From Candidatus Fermentibacteraceae bacterium (GTDB taxonomy: Bacteria > Fermentibacterota > Fermentibacteria > Fermentibacterales > JCC-6): 64,000 bases of DNA. The stretch covers positions 64,001 through 128,000 of the forward strand of contig JBGSZS010000009.1 in assembly GCA_041750285.1 (NCBI GenBank), written 5' to 3'. Position numbers and translations under genes: made by a program. The notes beneath the pieces were generated by a model. The model did not search any database, had not been told where the DNA came from, and was given only the letters and a program-made list of their open reading frames with translations. Shown piece by piece: positions 56,266 to 64,000 of this stretch; position 1 is the first letter of the stretch, and every line of letters begins with the position of its first letter.

Positions 56266-57503
56266 TCGGGCCTTTCCGACGGAGCGACCTTGAGAAGGAG
56301 GATCCGCTGAGCCCTGACCTTCTCGACCGTGAACACGTGTCCCTCAACGGTGACAGCCTCGCCGGGACGGGGGATGTGTCCCAGCCTGCGGTAGACCAGA
56401 CCGGCCACGGTCTCGTAGTCGTCGTCCTCCTCGAAGGATGTGTCCAGAAGGTCGTTGAGGTCATCGACAGGAAGCCTTCCATCAACCCTGAACGCACCCC
56501 TGCCGAGAGAGAATGAAAGGGGAGATTCTGTGTCGTACTCGTCGCGTATCTCGCCGAACACCTCTTCCACCAGGTCCTCCATGGTTACTATGCCGGCAGT
56601 TCCCCCGTACTCGTCCACCACGATGGCCATGTGGATGCGGTGCGCCTGGAACTCGCGGAACAGCTCGTCTATGCTCTTGTACTCGGGCACGAAATAGGCT
56701 TCCCGCAGGAGCTCCTTCATGTGAAACCCCTTGCCGCCTCCCGCAAGCACATCCAGGAGATCCTTGGTGTAAAGCACACCCTCGATGTCGTCGATCTTCT
56801 CACGATATACGGGAATGCGCGAGTGGCCGGCCTTCCTTACCTTGTCCACCACGTCGGCGAGATCGTCGGAGAGCGGCAGCGATACCATGTCGATGCGGGG
56901 CACCATCACCTCGCGGACGATCCTGTCGGAGAAGGAGAGGACCGAATCCACCATCTCCTGCTCCTTCTCGAGATCGCCTGCATCCCCCTTCTCGCGCCTC
57001 TGCTCGAGCCACATGATGTCGGGCGGCGTGAAGGCCCATTCTTCGGACACTGCTTCATCGGAACGGTTCCTGCCCAGGAAGAGCCCCGCCGGAAGGGTGA
57101 ACACCACCCGGAGGACGAGCATGGGCAGTCTGAGAACACGCGCTGCCCTGTCCGGGTTGTTGTGGGCGAGCCACGCCGGAAGGACCTCGGACAGAAGGAT
57201 GTAAGCCGCAAGAAGGACCGCCCAGCTCAGCGGGGCGAAATCACCGCCCGGGGCGCCCGCGAGCAGGGCACAGCCGGAACCTGCGAGCGTATGGCCCGCT
57301 ACACGCGCAAGCCAGAGGATTCGAAGCCTTGAACCGGCTTCGCGGCGCCTCTGGGCAGGGTCGCGGCCCTGCTGTTCGACAAGTCCGGGCAGGGCCGCCC
57401 GTGCCGAGGAGGCGGCGGCAGTCAGCAACAGACCGGTCAGAAGGACGAGGAACTCCAAGGGAGTGGGGCTGATGTGAAGGCCGAAATCGAGGCTGGGGCT
57501 CAT
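56262..57503 (-). CDS. Hemolysin/CorC family protein (TM, CBS pair, CorC_HlyC)
   Basis: VREVMVPR, GHSRIPVY, MAIVVDEYGGTAGIVT.ED.VEE..GEIRDEYD; ATGA overlap with ybeY. Confidence 0.92.
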   Translation of the reverse strand: MSPSLDFGLHISPTPLEFLVLLTGLLLTAAASSARAALPGLVEQQGRDPAQRRREAGSRLRILWLARVAGHTLAGSGCALLAGAPGGDFAPLSWAVLLAAYILLSEVLPAWLAHNNPDRAARVLRLPMLVLRVVFTLPAGLFLGRNRSDEAVSEEWAFTPPDIMWLEQRREKGDAGDLEKEQEMVDSVLSFSDRIVREVMVPRIDMVSLPLSDDLADVVDKVRKAGHSRIPVYREKIDDIEGVLYTKDLLDVLAGGGKGFHMKELLREAYFVPEYKSIDELFREFQAHRIHMAIVVDEYGGTAGIVTMEDLVEEVFGEIRDEYDTESPLSFSLGRGAFRVDGRLPVDDLNDLLDTSFEEDDDYETVAGLVYRRLGHIPRPGEAVTVEGHVFTVEKVRAQRILLLKVAPSERPD

Positions 57504-57898
57504 TTCGACACACCGGCGAGGAATTCGGCGGTCAGTTGCTCCATCAGTTCCGCCTTTTCGGGGGTGTGATGGCTGAAACCCCTCAGGTGAAGCCATCCGT
57601 GGATGATGCGTTCAAGGACCTCGCTGAGGGGCGGAGCCATCCTGCCGTCAACGAAGATCGTTCCTTCGGGGGGACCTCCGGGATCCGACAGATCAAACGT
57701 GAGCACATCGGTGGGCCTGTCAAGCATTCTGAAACGCCTGTTGAGCATGCGCATCATTCCGGGGTCGCAAACCACCACCTCGATCCTGCCGTCGCCCTCC
57801 AGGATCGGTGCAAGCCTTTCGTGCAGGCTCTGAAGAACCGGATCTGGTTTCTCGAGAACGAATTCGATTATAAGGGACGAATGCCGGTCATACTCCAT
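57500..57898 (-). CDS. ybeY: rRNA maturation RNase YbeY
   Basis: LNRRFR..DRPTDVLTF, IIHGWLHLRGFSH. Confidence 0.88.
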   Translation of the reverse strand: MEYDRHSSLIIEFVLEKPDPVLQSLHERLAPILEGDGRIEVVVCDPGMMRMLNRRFRMLDRPTDVLTFDLSDPGGPPEGTIFVDGRMAPPLSEVLERIIHGWLHLRGFSHHTPEKAELMEQLTAEFLAGVSK

Positions 57899-59900
57899 GG
57901 GGGTAGTTTTTCACCCTTTCATAGTCCGATTTGAGGAGTATGTCCAGAAACACGTGCCAGACATCCTCCTGCATCGACCTGGTCAAGCCGCAAAGGTCGT
58001 ACTGACCTTCGGCGTCCTTCTCCTTTATGCTGCGCTTCACCGTTTCCGCAATCTCGCTCTTGCTCTTCAGCATCCTGGAAGCGCTGGAAGCCGAGTCGGC
58101 CGTCATCACCAGCGCGGCCTCGATGCTCCTGGGTTTTGGCCCGGGATACCGGAAATCATCCTCGTCCACTGCCTCGTCTGGCGCCGCCTCTTTTCTGGCC
58201 TTGGCGAAGAAGCTCATCGTCAGACCTGTTCCGTGGTGTTCACGGATGATGTCGATCACCTCGGACGGCAGGTGGTGCTTCCGGGCAAGCTTGATCCCCT
58301 GCTGCACGTGGTCGATCACGAGGGCCGCGCTCTCCCGTGGGTCCATGTAGTCATGCGGGTTGTAATATGATTGATTCATCATGTTCTCGATGAACATCCC
58401 GGGCTGCTTCAGTTTTCCGATGTCGTGATAGAACCCGCCCATCCTTGCGACCTCGGTGTTGGCGCCCAGTTTGGTGGCTGCCGCGGCAGCCAGCTCGGCC
58501 ACCTGCAGCGAATGGGTGTAGGTCCCCATGGCTTCCTCGCGCATCCTGACCCTGAGCGGATGGCCGTCGCTGAGGAGCCTGGCGTGAGTCAGTCTCGTTG
58601 TGACCCTGAAGGTCATCTCAATGGGGTGGACGAGTATCCTGGCGATCGCCAGGGAACCGAAGGGGACCACGAACAGCGTGACGATGACCGGTGCGTCGAA
58701 GGGGTAACCCGGGCCGATCCATGCCGTGTGCAGAGCCCAGTATACGAGCAGGCTTCCCGCCACGGATATCAGAAGGGAGAGTGACAGGTCACGCTCGGTG
58801 AGCTGTCTGAAGACCCCGGACGCAAACGCAGCTGGTACGGCAGACACAAGGAATGCCGTAAAGGGGCTTCCGCTTCCCAGCGCTGCCGCCGCACTGAAGA
58901 TCATGGCGAGGAACCAGGCGTGGTACACCCCCGAGGAATCGAAAAAAACGGCGGTCATGCATGCGCCGAAAACGCTGAATGATATGACTTGAAGACGGGC
59001 TGAGCCGGCCATCTGCCACAGAAGGCCCGTTGCGGCAAGGGAGGCCATCCAGATGCTTCCCAGCAGAAGCACCCGCGACGGCGAGGTGAGAACCCTTCCC
59101 ATGGCCCTTGCACCGTACATCACGGCAAGCAGCACCAGAAGCGCCGCGGGGACGAACCTCGCTCCGGTGCGAAGGGGGCCGGGATAGGAAAGGGAGCTGT
59201 TCATGGCGTCGAACACCCGGAAGAACTCTTCATCGGGAATGTCGCCCGGGGAAAGCAGGGTGTCGCCCGGGGCGAAGGAGTGTTCCACAACTGACACCCG
59301 CTCTTCCGCTGCATTCATTGCACTGTCACGGGGGGTTACCGCCAGACTCAGGTCCGGCAGAAGAAGTGCCGATATGCTCTCGGCGACAGCTGCTGAAAAA
59401 ACGGGCAGCAGATCGCGGCTCAGGAACTCCCTGGCTTCCGCGACATCGGTGAAGCTCTCCCAGGTGCCCCGCACAAAGTTGTCGTCGTCAAGCTTCAGCA
59501 AAACCGAGTCGCTGGTGCTCAGCGCCCTGAGCCCGGTCTCGTCGATCAGGCCGCTTCCGTAATAGTCGTTGCGAAGTATCCCGGCCACGAAGATGGAATC
59601 GGCCCCGGCAAGTTCAAGGGCGTGCTGCAGGTCCTTGAGGGATGAATGCCGGACGCCCGGGAAACGAACAACGAAAACCGGGGCCGCCTCACGCGCAATG
59701 CTTCTCAGTGAATCTATGGTTTCAGCGCTGTACTCGAGCTCGAACCCGACAGGTGTAATGATGGCATCGGAAACAGGCTGGCCGAGAACGGGGTTGACGT
59801 CGGACAGCACGGCCTTGCCGCCGAAAAGGGCGAACCAGATCACAAGGAAGCCCCCGGCCACGACGACCGCCATGCTCCGCCTGCCCCAGTTACCCGTCAT
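57888..59900 (-). CDS. 7TM-HDIG phosphohydrolase (PgpH/YqfF-like)
   Basis: Extracytoplasmic domain, multi-TM, GTYTHS, HDIGK, FIEN, EHHGT, FRYPGPKP, ADS. Confidence 0.9.
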   Translation of the reverse strand: MTGNWGRRSMAVVVAGGFLVIWFALFGGKAVLSDVNPVLGQPVSDAIITPVGFELEYSAETIDSLRSIAREAAPVFVVRFPGVRHSSLKDLQHALELAGADSIFVAGILRNDYYGSGLIDETGLRALSTSDSVLLKLDDDNFVRGTWESFTDVAEAREFLSRDLLPVFSAAVAESISALLLPDLSLAVTPRDSAMNAAEERVSVVEHSFAPGDTLLSPGDIPDEEFFRVFDAMNSSLSYPGPLRTGARFVPAALLVLLAVMYGARAMGRVLTSPSRVLLLGSIWMASLAATGLLWQMAGSARLQVISFSVFGACMTAVFFDSSGVYHAWFLAMIFSAAAALGSGSPFTAFLVSAVPAAFASGVFRQLTERDLSLSLLISVAGSLLVYWALHTAWIGPGYPFDAPVIVTLFVVPFGSLAIARILVHPIEMTFRVTTRLTHARLLSDGHPLRVRMREEAMGTYTHSLQVAELAAAAATKLGANTEVARMGGFYHDIGKLKQPGMFIENMMNQSYYNPHDYMDPRESAALVIDHVQQGIKLARKHHLPSEVIDIIREHHGTGLTMSFFAKARKEAAPDEAVDEDDFRYPGPKPRSIEAALVMTADSASSASRMLKSKSEIAETVKRSIKEKDAEGQYDLCGLTRSMQEDVWHVFLDILLKSDYERVKNYPHGV

Positions 59901-60834
59901 TTTCCTCCGCGCTCCCGAAGGCCTCGATTATCCTCTGAACCAGAGGGTGCCTCACCACGTCTTCCTTTTCAAGATAGATGAATGCCACGCCGGGGATCTG
60001 TCTCAGAATCTTCTGAATCCGGACAAGACCCGAGGCGGACGATGGTTTCAGGTCAATCTGAGTAACATCGCCCGTCACGACCAGCCTGGACCCGTATCCC
60101 ATTCTTGTGAGGAACATCTTGAGCTGTGTCAGCGTGGTGTTCTGCGCCTCATCGAGGATGACGAAGGAATTGTTGAGCGTGCGGCCCCTCATGTACGCCA
60201 GGGGCGCCACCTCGATTATCCCGGCCTCCATGTTCCTTGCCGTTCCGGCCGGTGTGAGGGTGTCGTCGAGGGAGTCGTAGATGGGCCTCAGATAGGGATC
60301 GATCTTCTGCTGCAGGTCGCCGGGCAAAAAGCCCAGGTTTTCCCCCGCCTCGACCGCCGGTCGTGTCAGAATGATCCGTTCCACCCTTCCGTCCCGCAGG
60401 GCGCTCACGGCTGCGGCCACCGCCAGGAAAGTCTTTCCGGTGCCCGCCGGGCCGATGCTGAATACCAGTTCGTTCGTCAGCATGGCCTTGAGGTAATGCT
60501 CCTGACCGGGGGAGCGGGGAACTATCCTGCCGGACCTTCCAGGAACCTCCAGAACGATTCCGGCACCCTTCATCCCCGGAAACTCCAATGCCTTGGCCAC
60601 GGCAGCCGAACTCACCGACCCGCATGACCTCAGTTCCGAGACAAGCCTTTCGATGGTTGCCTGCGCCCTGTCCAGCGCCCTGGGGCTGCCGCTGAGAAGC
60701 AGGGTCGAGTCACGGAAGACCGCGCTTACGCCCAGTTCCCGGCAGATGTCCCGCAGGTGAACGTCGCCGGGGCCGAGGATGTGCCTGGCGTCTTCAGGTG
60801 GCAGCGGGATGCGTCTGCCTGCGGCTGGCTTCAT
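59890..60834 (-). CDS. phoH: PhoH family ATPase (YbeZ-like)
   Basis: GPAGTGKT, TRPAVEAGE.LGFLPG, PLAYMRGRT, DEAQN, GDVTQ.DL, VVRHP. Confidence 0.95.
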   Translation of the reverse strand: MKPAAGRRIPLPPEDARHILGPGDVHLRDICRELGVSAVFRDSTLLLSGSPRALDRAQATIERLVSELRSCGSVSSAAVAKALEFPGMKGAGIVLEVPGRSGRIVPRSPGQEHYLKAMLTNELVFSIGPAGTGKTFLAVAAAVSALRDGRVERIILTRPAVEAGENLGFLPGDLQQKIDPYLRPIYDSLDDTLTPAGTARNMEAGIIEVAPLAYMRGRTLNNSFVILDEAQNTTLTQLKMFLTRMGYGSRLVVTGDVTQIDLKPSSASGLVRIQKILRQIPGVAFIYLEKEDVVRHPLVQRIIEAFGSAEENDG

Positions 60835-60850
60835 GGGCGCTTCAAGTGAA

Positions 60851-60883
60851 CAGGCTCCCCGCCCGGATGGGACAGGGAGCCTG
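60851..60883 (-). terminator. Hairpin downstream of the LysM gene, probable (leaky) intrinsic terminator
   Basis: CAGGCTCCCTGTCC-CATCC-GGGCGGGGAGCCTG 14-bp stem whose two G-U pairs form only on the minus strand; followed by TTCACTT. Confidence 0.55.
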
Positions 60884-60905
60884 AAACACGGTTCACTATC
60901 GCTGG

Positions 60906-61571
60906 TTAGCGGGTCATACCGCGGGTTGTGCCGCGGGGGATAGTGAGAACCTGGCCCGGGAAGATCAGGTTGGGGTCGCTGATCTTGTCGCGGTTGGCTT
61001 CGTAGAGCTGGGGCCACATGCCGCGTTCGCCGTAGACGATTCCGTAGCCCGAGATCTTGCCGAGGAAGTCGCCCTCGATGACGGTGTAGCTGGTGGCGTA
61101 GGGAACCGGTACGATGAGGGTGTGGCCGGCGTAGATCAGGTTGGGGTCGCTGATCGTGTCACGGTTGCGGTCGTAGATCTTGGGCCATTCGCTGCCGTTG
61201 TTGAAGTAGTAGTGGTAGCTTGCGATCTGCCAGAGGCACTCGCCCTCGACGATGAGGTGGGGAACACCGGAGCCGCGAAGGCGGGTGATCTCACCGCGGA
61301 GCCAGGAGATGTCCTGGTTGAGCTGGTTCACGACGGCCTGGAGTTCATCCCTCTGTGCACGAAGCGGAAGGACTTTGGCTTCCCATTCGGCAACCTGGGC
61401 GTCGGCCTCGGCCTTGCGCCACTCCCAGTAGGCGATCTGCTGGGCGATGTTCTTGTTGCCCCAGGATTCGACTTCTTCCTGAGTAAGAACGGAGAGTTCA
61501 TCTGCGGACCAGGTACGGGCAAAGCCCACGGCCGCGACGAGGATCAGAGCTAATACGAAAAGATTACGCAT
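60906..61571 (-). CDS. Secreted coiled-coil protein with two LysM domains
   Basis: Signal peptide; heptad region; two copies of EG..L..I....Y.....W...Y..N.D.ISDPNLI..G..L..P. Confidence 0.9.
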   Translation of the reverse strand: MRNLFVLALILVAAVGFARTWSADELSVLTQEEVESWGNKNIAQQIAYWEWRKAEADAQVAEWEAKVLPLRAQRDELQAVVNQLNQDISWLRGEITRLRGSGVPHLIVEGECLWQIASYHYYFNNGSEWPKIYDRNRDTISDPNLIYAGHTLIVPVPYATSYTVIEGDFLGKISGYGIVYGERGMWPQLYEANRDKISDPNLIFPGQVLTIPRGTTRGMTR

Positions 61572-61584
61572 TTCTCATCCCTTC

Positions 61585-61851
61585 CTAGCGGCCTGTCCCG
61601 CCGAGACTTTCGTACTCGGCCTGGAGTTCTGCCTTTTCCTGCTCGAGCTGCGGGATCTGCTGCTCAAGCTGAGGAATCTGCTGGTTCAGCTGCTCGTACT
61701 CGTTCTGCAGGCTGACAACCCTGGCTTCAGCGGCGAGTGCTGCTGAGCGGGCGTTGTCCCGGGCGCGGATCTGCTCCTGGCTCGGGCCGCAGGCGGTGAG
61801 CAGCAGGGATACGGCAAGAATCACAAGGCAAATGCTGCGAGTCCTGACCAT
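61585..61851 (-). CDS. Small coiled-coil lipoprotein (88 aa)
   Basis: AGGAGG RBS, lipobox LLTA-C, QQIPQLE heptad repeated twice. Confidence 0.8.
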   Translation of the reverse strand: MVRTRSICLVILAVSLLLTACGPSQEQIRARDNARSAALAAEARVVSLQNEYEQLNQQIPQLEQQIPQLEQEKAELQAEYESLGGTGR

Positions 61852-61964
61852 CCCCGATACCTCCTTCCATTTGCGTTTGATTGTGTGCACTTGCTTCCCC
61901 TCGAACCCCCGAAGGGATTCATCCCCTGAATCGAAGAAACACTGAAAACTCTCTTGGGAACTGT

Positions 61965-61993
61965 ACCCTAAAGCGGATGCAATCAACTGTCAA
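61965..61993 (-). promoter_or_regulatory. Putative sigma70 promoter for the lipoprotein-LysM unit
   Basis: TTGACA-N17-TAGGGT. Confidence 0.5.
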
Positions 61994-62390
61994 GCTTGGT
62001 ATCCTCTTTCCGATTTCCGGGCGGAGCGGTACCGGGTCGAAACTTCCCAATAATGGATAGATAACGAAAAAGGGCCAGAGAGGTCAACAGCCCTGCGGCG
62101 TCGGCCGAAAAGTCCAATATGTCGCAATACCTTCCGGGAACATAATGCTGATGCACTTCATCAAGGGCCGCCCAGAAAAGGCCTGAAAGGCTCGACCACA
62201 GGAGGGGTCTGTTCCGAAAGATGTCGCGGTTGAGGTGGAGGGCGAACCCGAGTCCCGCAAACTCAAGGAAGTGAAACACCTTGTCCTGGTGGGCAAAAAG
62301 CAGAAACGGCGGTTCGAGTGCCGGCTGATGACTCAGCCAAGCTATCGCGAACGCCACTGCCGCCAGGAAAAGACGCCTTGCCGTCAGCAC
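61983..62390 (-). CDS. VanZ family membrane protein
   Basis: DKVFHFLEF..LG, DEVHQ.YVPGR....D..AD..G; GTG start overlaps the upstream stop. Confidence 0.85.
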   Translation of the reverse strand: MLTARRLFLAAVAFAIAWLSHQPALEPPFLLFAHQDKVFHFLEFAGLGFALHLNRDIFRNRPLLWSSLSGLFWAALDEVHQHYVPGRYCDILDFSADAAGLLTSLALFRYLSIIGKFRPGTAPPGNRKEDTKLDS

Positions 62391-64000
62391 TGGGTCTTCC
62401 CGAACTGGTCGACGGACAGCACCGCCGGTCCGGCGCCCTTGTTGAGCACGGCGCCCAGGGCTTCCCCGGCAAAACCGGGCAGCCTGGGAACCATGCGGTC
62501 CACGCGTGAAACCGCTCCGCCAACCGCTACCGGCATGGAGAGTTCCCTCTCCCCGGCTGCGAAGGGGGTCACGCTGAATGCCTCCATTATCCTCACTGCG
62601 CATGCCTGCGCAGCGGCACGGTCTGCTCCGGGGATGCAGACGAGGAATCTTCCCGGCGAGAACCTTGTCATGGTGTAGGTTTTGCCGAGGGTATCCGCGA
62701 TCCGTTTCGCGGCATCCCCAAGAAGGGTGTCGCAGGTGCGTGGTCCATACTCGGCGTTCAATGCGCGGAACCCGCAGATGTCCACGGCCAGAACCGCAAC
62801 GGACAGCCCCTTCCTTACATCGTCGACAAGACCAAGAAGCTCCTCCTGGAATGCCGAGTAACAGGGCAGCCCGGTGAGCCTGTCCCGATCGGAAAGGGAT
62901 TCGATGCGTTCAAGGGCGGCCATTCTCGCAGAGAAGACTCCAAATACTGCGCCGACAGCCTCGAGCTGCTTCGAGTGCTCCGGGGTCACTCCGTTCTCAC
63001 TGGAGCTCTCCACGACCAGCACCCCGAAGACAGCCCTCTCCGAGTAGAGCGGTACGGCGCAGCAGGAACCGACCTGCTGCTGGAGGTCATCATCGGAGAT
63101 GAAGGGCCTGATCGATGAATCGCCCCTCCCCACGGCCCTGCGCAAAACGACCCGCCGATTCGACACTGCCCAGCCCGCCACGCCCTTGTCCGCCGGGAAA
63201 AGCCTTCCCCTGCGGGCCGAACTCATCGAGCCCAGGGTTTCGTAGGCCTGAAGCTCCCTGCCGTCTTCCGTGAGCACCGCAACGGTGACGGTCGCACTGT
63301 GGACATGCCTTGCGAGGTTGACCACCATGGAGTGGACGGCCGCCTTCAGCCCTGCCGAGGAGCCCAGTTCGATGCAGATGTCCGTGAGCATGCCGCCCGC
63401 GGGGCTTGCCGTGTCGCCCCACGCCGAGGAGATCACCCCGGCGCTGTCGAGCAGGACCTCGCCGGCCTCGGCCGGTGCGGGTCTGCTGAAGAAATCACAC
63501 ACATATACGCCCCCGAAGACACCGTTGCGGGAGAGCGGTATCATCACGACGCTCGCTGTGCCGGGATCTTCCATGTACCAGGGCAGCCTCCGGTCCACGG
63601 TGGCATCCATTGTCACAAGTCCCTCTGACCTCAGAGCGGCCGACATGAATGGATCGGAGGGAGCCGGGAGGAAAGACTCGGGAACCGAACCGGACGACGC
63701 CAGGAAATCGGAGAGCCTCAGGGCGCCGGCTCCGTCCCGCACCACCAGGAAGACCCCGTTGGCGCCGGTTGCCCTGTGAAGAAGGGGAAGCATGCTTCGT
63801 GCGACATCTTCGGGAAAGAACCCGGGGCGGGCTTCCCTGCGGGCGCCGGGGCGCTGCATGCCCGGACGGGAATGACGCTCGAGCAGGAGGTCGGCCCCGA
63901 ACATGCTCAAAAAAGGCGCGGCGAAAGCGGCAAGCCCGCCCGGAAGCAGGTTCAGCAGGGCAAAAGGGGTTCCCCACCCCGGCGAGAGGTGTCCGAGAAG
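62384..64000 (-). CDS. Membrane-anchored GAF-GAF-GGDEF-like protein, degenerate active site, 5'-truncated by the window edge
   Basis: Frame open to base 64000 (hydrophobic LLGHLSPGWGTPFALL...); DRLTGL, DICGFRALN.EYG, but RFSPGRF where RxGGDEF is expected. Confidence 0.82.
   Translation of the reverse strand, partial: LLGHLSPGWGTPFALLNLLPGGLAAFAAPFLSMFGADLLLERHSRPGMQRPGARREARPGFFPEDVARSMLPLLHRATGANGVFLVVRDGAGALRLSDFLASSGSVPESFLPAPSDPFMSAALRSEGLVTMDATVDRRLPWYMEDPGTASVVMIPLSRNGVFGGVYVCDFFSRPAPAEAGEVLLDSAGVISSAWGDTASPAGGMLTDICIELGSSAGLKAAVHSMVVNLARHVHSATVTVAVLTEDGRELQAYETLGSMSSARRGRLFPADKGVAGWAVSNRRVVLRRAVGRGDSSIRPFISDDDLQQQVGSCCAVPLYSERAVFGVLVVESSSENGVTPEHSKQLEAVGAVFGVFSARMAALERIESLSDRDRLTGLPCYSAFQEELLGLVDDVRKGLSVAVLAVDICGFRALNAEYGPRTCDTLLGDAAKRIADTLGKTYTMTRFSPGRFLVCIPGADRAAAQACAVRIMEAFSVTPFAAGERELSMPVAVGGAVSRVDRMVPRLPGFAGEALGAVLNKGAGPAVLSVDQFGKTQC

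Noticed and set aside
60962..61155. Identical 23-bp repeat AGATCAGGTTGGGGTCGCTGATC
   Set aside because: Corresponds to ISDPNLI in the two LysM domains; a coding duplication.
61880..61960. Possible c-di-AMP (ydaO) riboswitch upstream of the lipoprotein-LysM unit (GGGGAUGAAUC)
   Set aside because: Only a short resemblance; the other conserved ydaO segments are not visible. An Rfam cmscan would settle it.
1..64000. tRNA, rRNA, CRISPR, IS or prophage elements; alternative genetic code
   Set aside because: No cloverleafs, spaced repeat arrays, transposase, integrase or phage genes were recognised. TAA, TAG and TGA all end conserved genes normally, so the single in-frame TAA is not evidence of recoding.

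Overview
Bacterial chromosomal window, roughly 60% GC by eye and densely coding. I found no rRNA, tRNA, CRISPR array or recognisable transposase or integrase. A T9SS-type C-terminal sorting domain, many lipoproteins and outer-membrane barrels point to a diderm, probably of the FCB group (possibly a Fermentibacterota-like anaerobe; inference only). (1) 1-23063: a surface-polysaccharide/glycosylation locus in seven alternating orientation blocks. It holds two GT-C paralogues, a Wzy/ligase, FnlA/RmlD-like/2-epimerase, Wzx, five GT4s, two DUF362 proteins, an ATP-grasp ligase, a CapK-like ligase, DUF354, an AGE-like protein and a bi-domain oxidoreductase. (2) 23196-37105: a stand-alone trpB2 preceded by an unannotated Trp-Trp leader peptide with hairpins, then mixed metabolic, signalling and transport genes, a lipoprotein gene split by an in-frame TAA, and malQ. 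(3) 37156-47062: a cluster rich in envelope and nucleic-acid functions. It holds an LTD protein, a dCMP deaminase, an OM barrel, a barrel-ComEA fusion, a YjbH-like barrel, a RecJ-like DHH enzyme and an OB-fold lipoprotein; this is the best candidate for an undescribed DNA-capture/uptake system. (4) 47136-64000: DUF5343/TauE, a PAS hybrid kinase, the housekeeping run phoH-HD-ybeY-tlyC-recO-glyQS-valS (archaeal-type ValRS), a LysM/coiled-coil lipoprotein pair, VanZ and a degenerate GGDEF protein. All family calls come from motif recognition by eye, not database searches.
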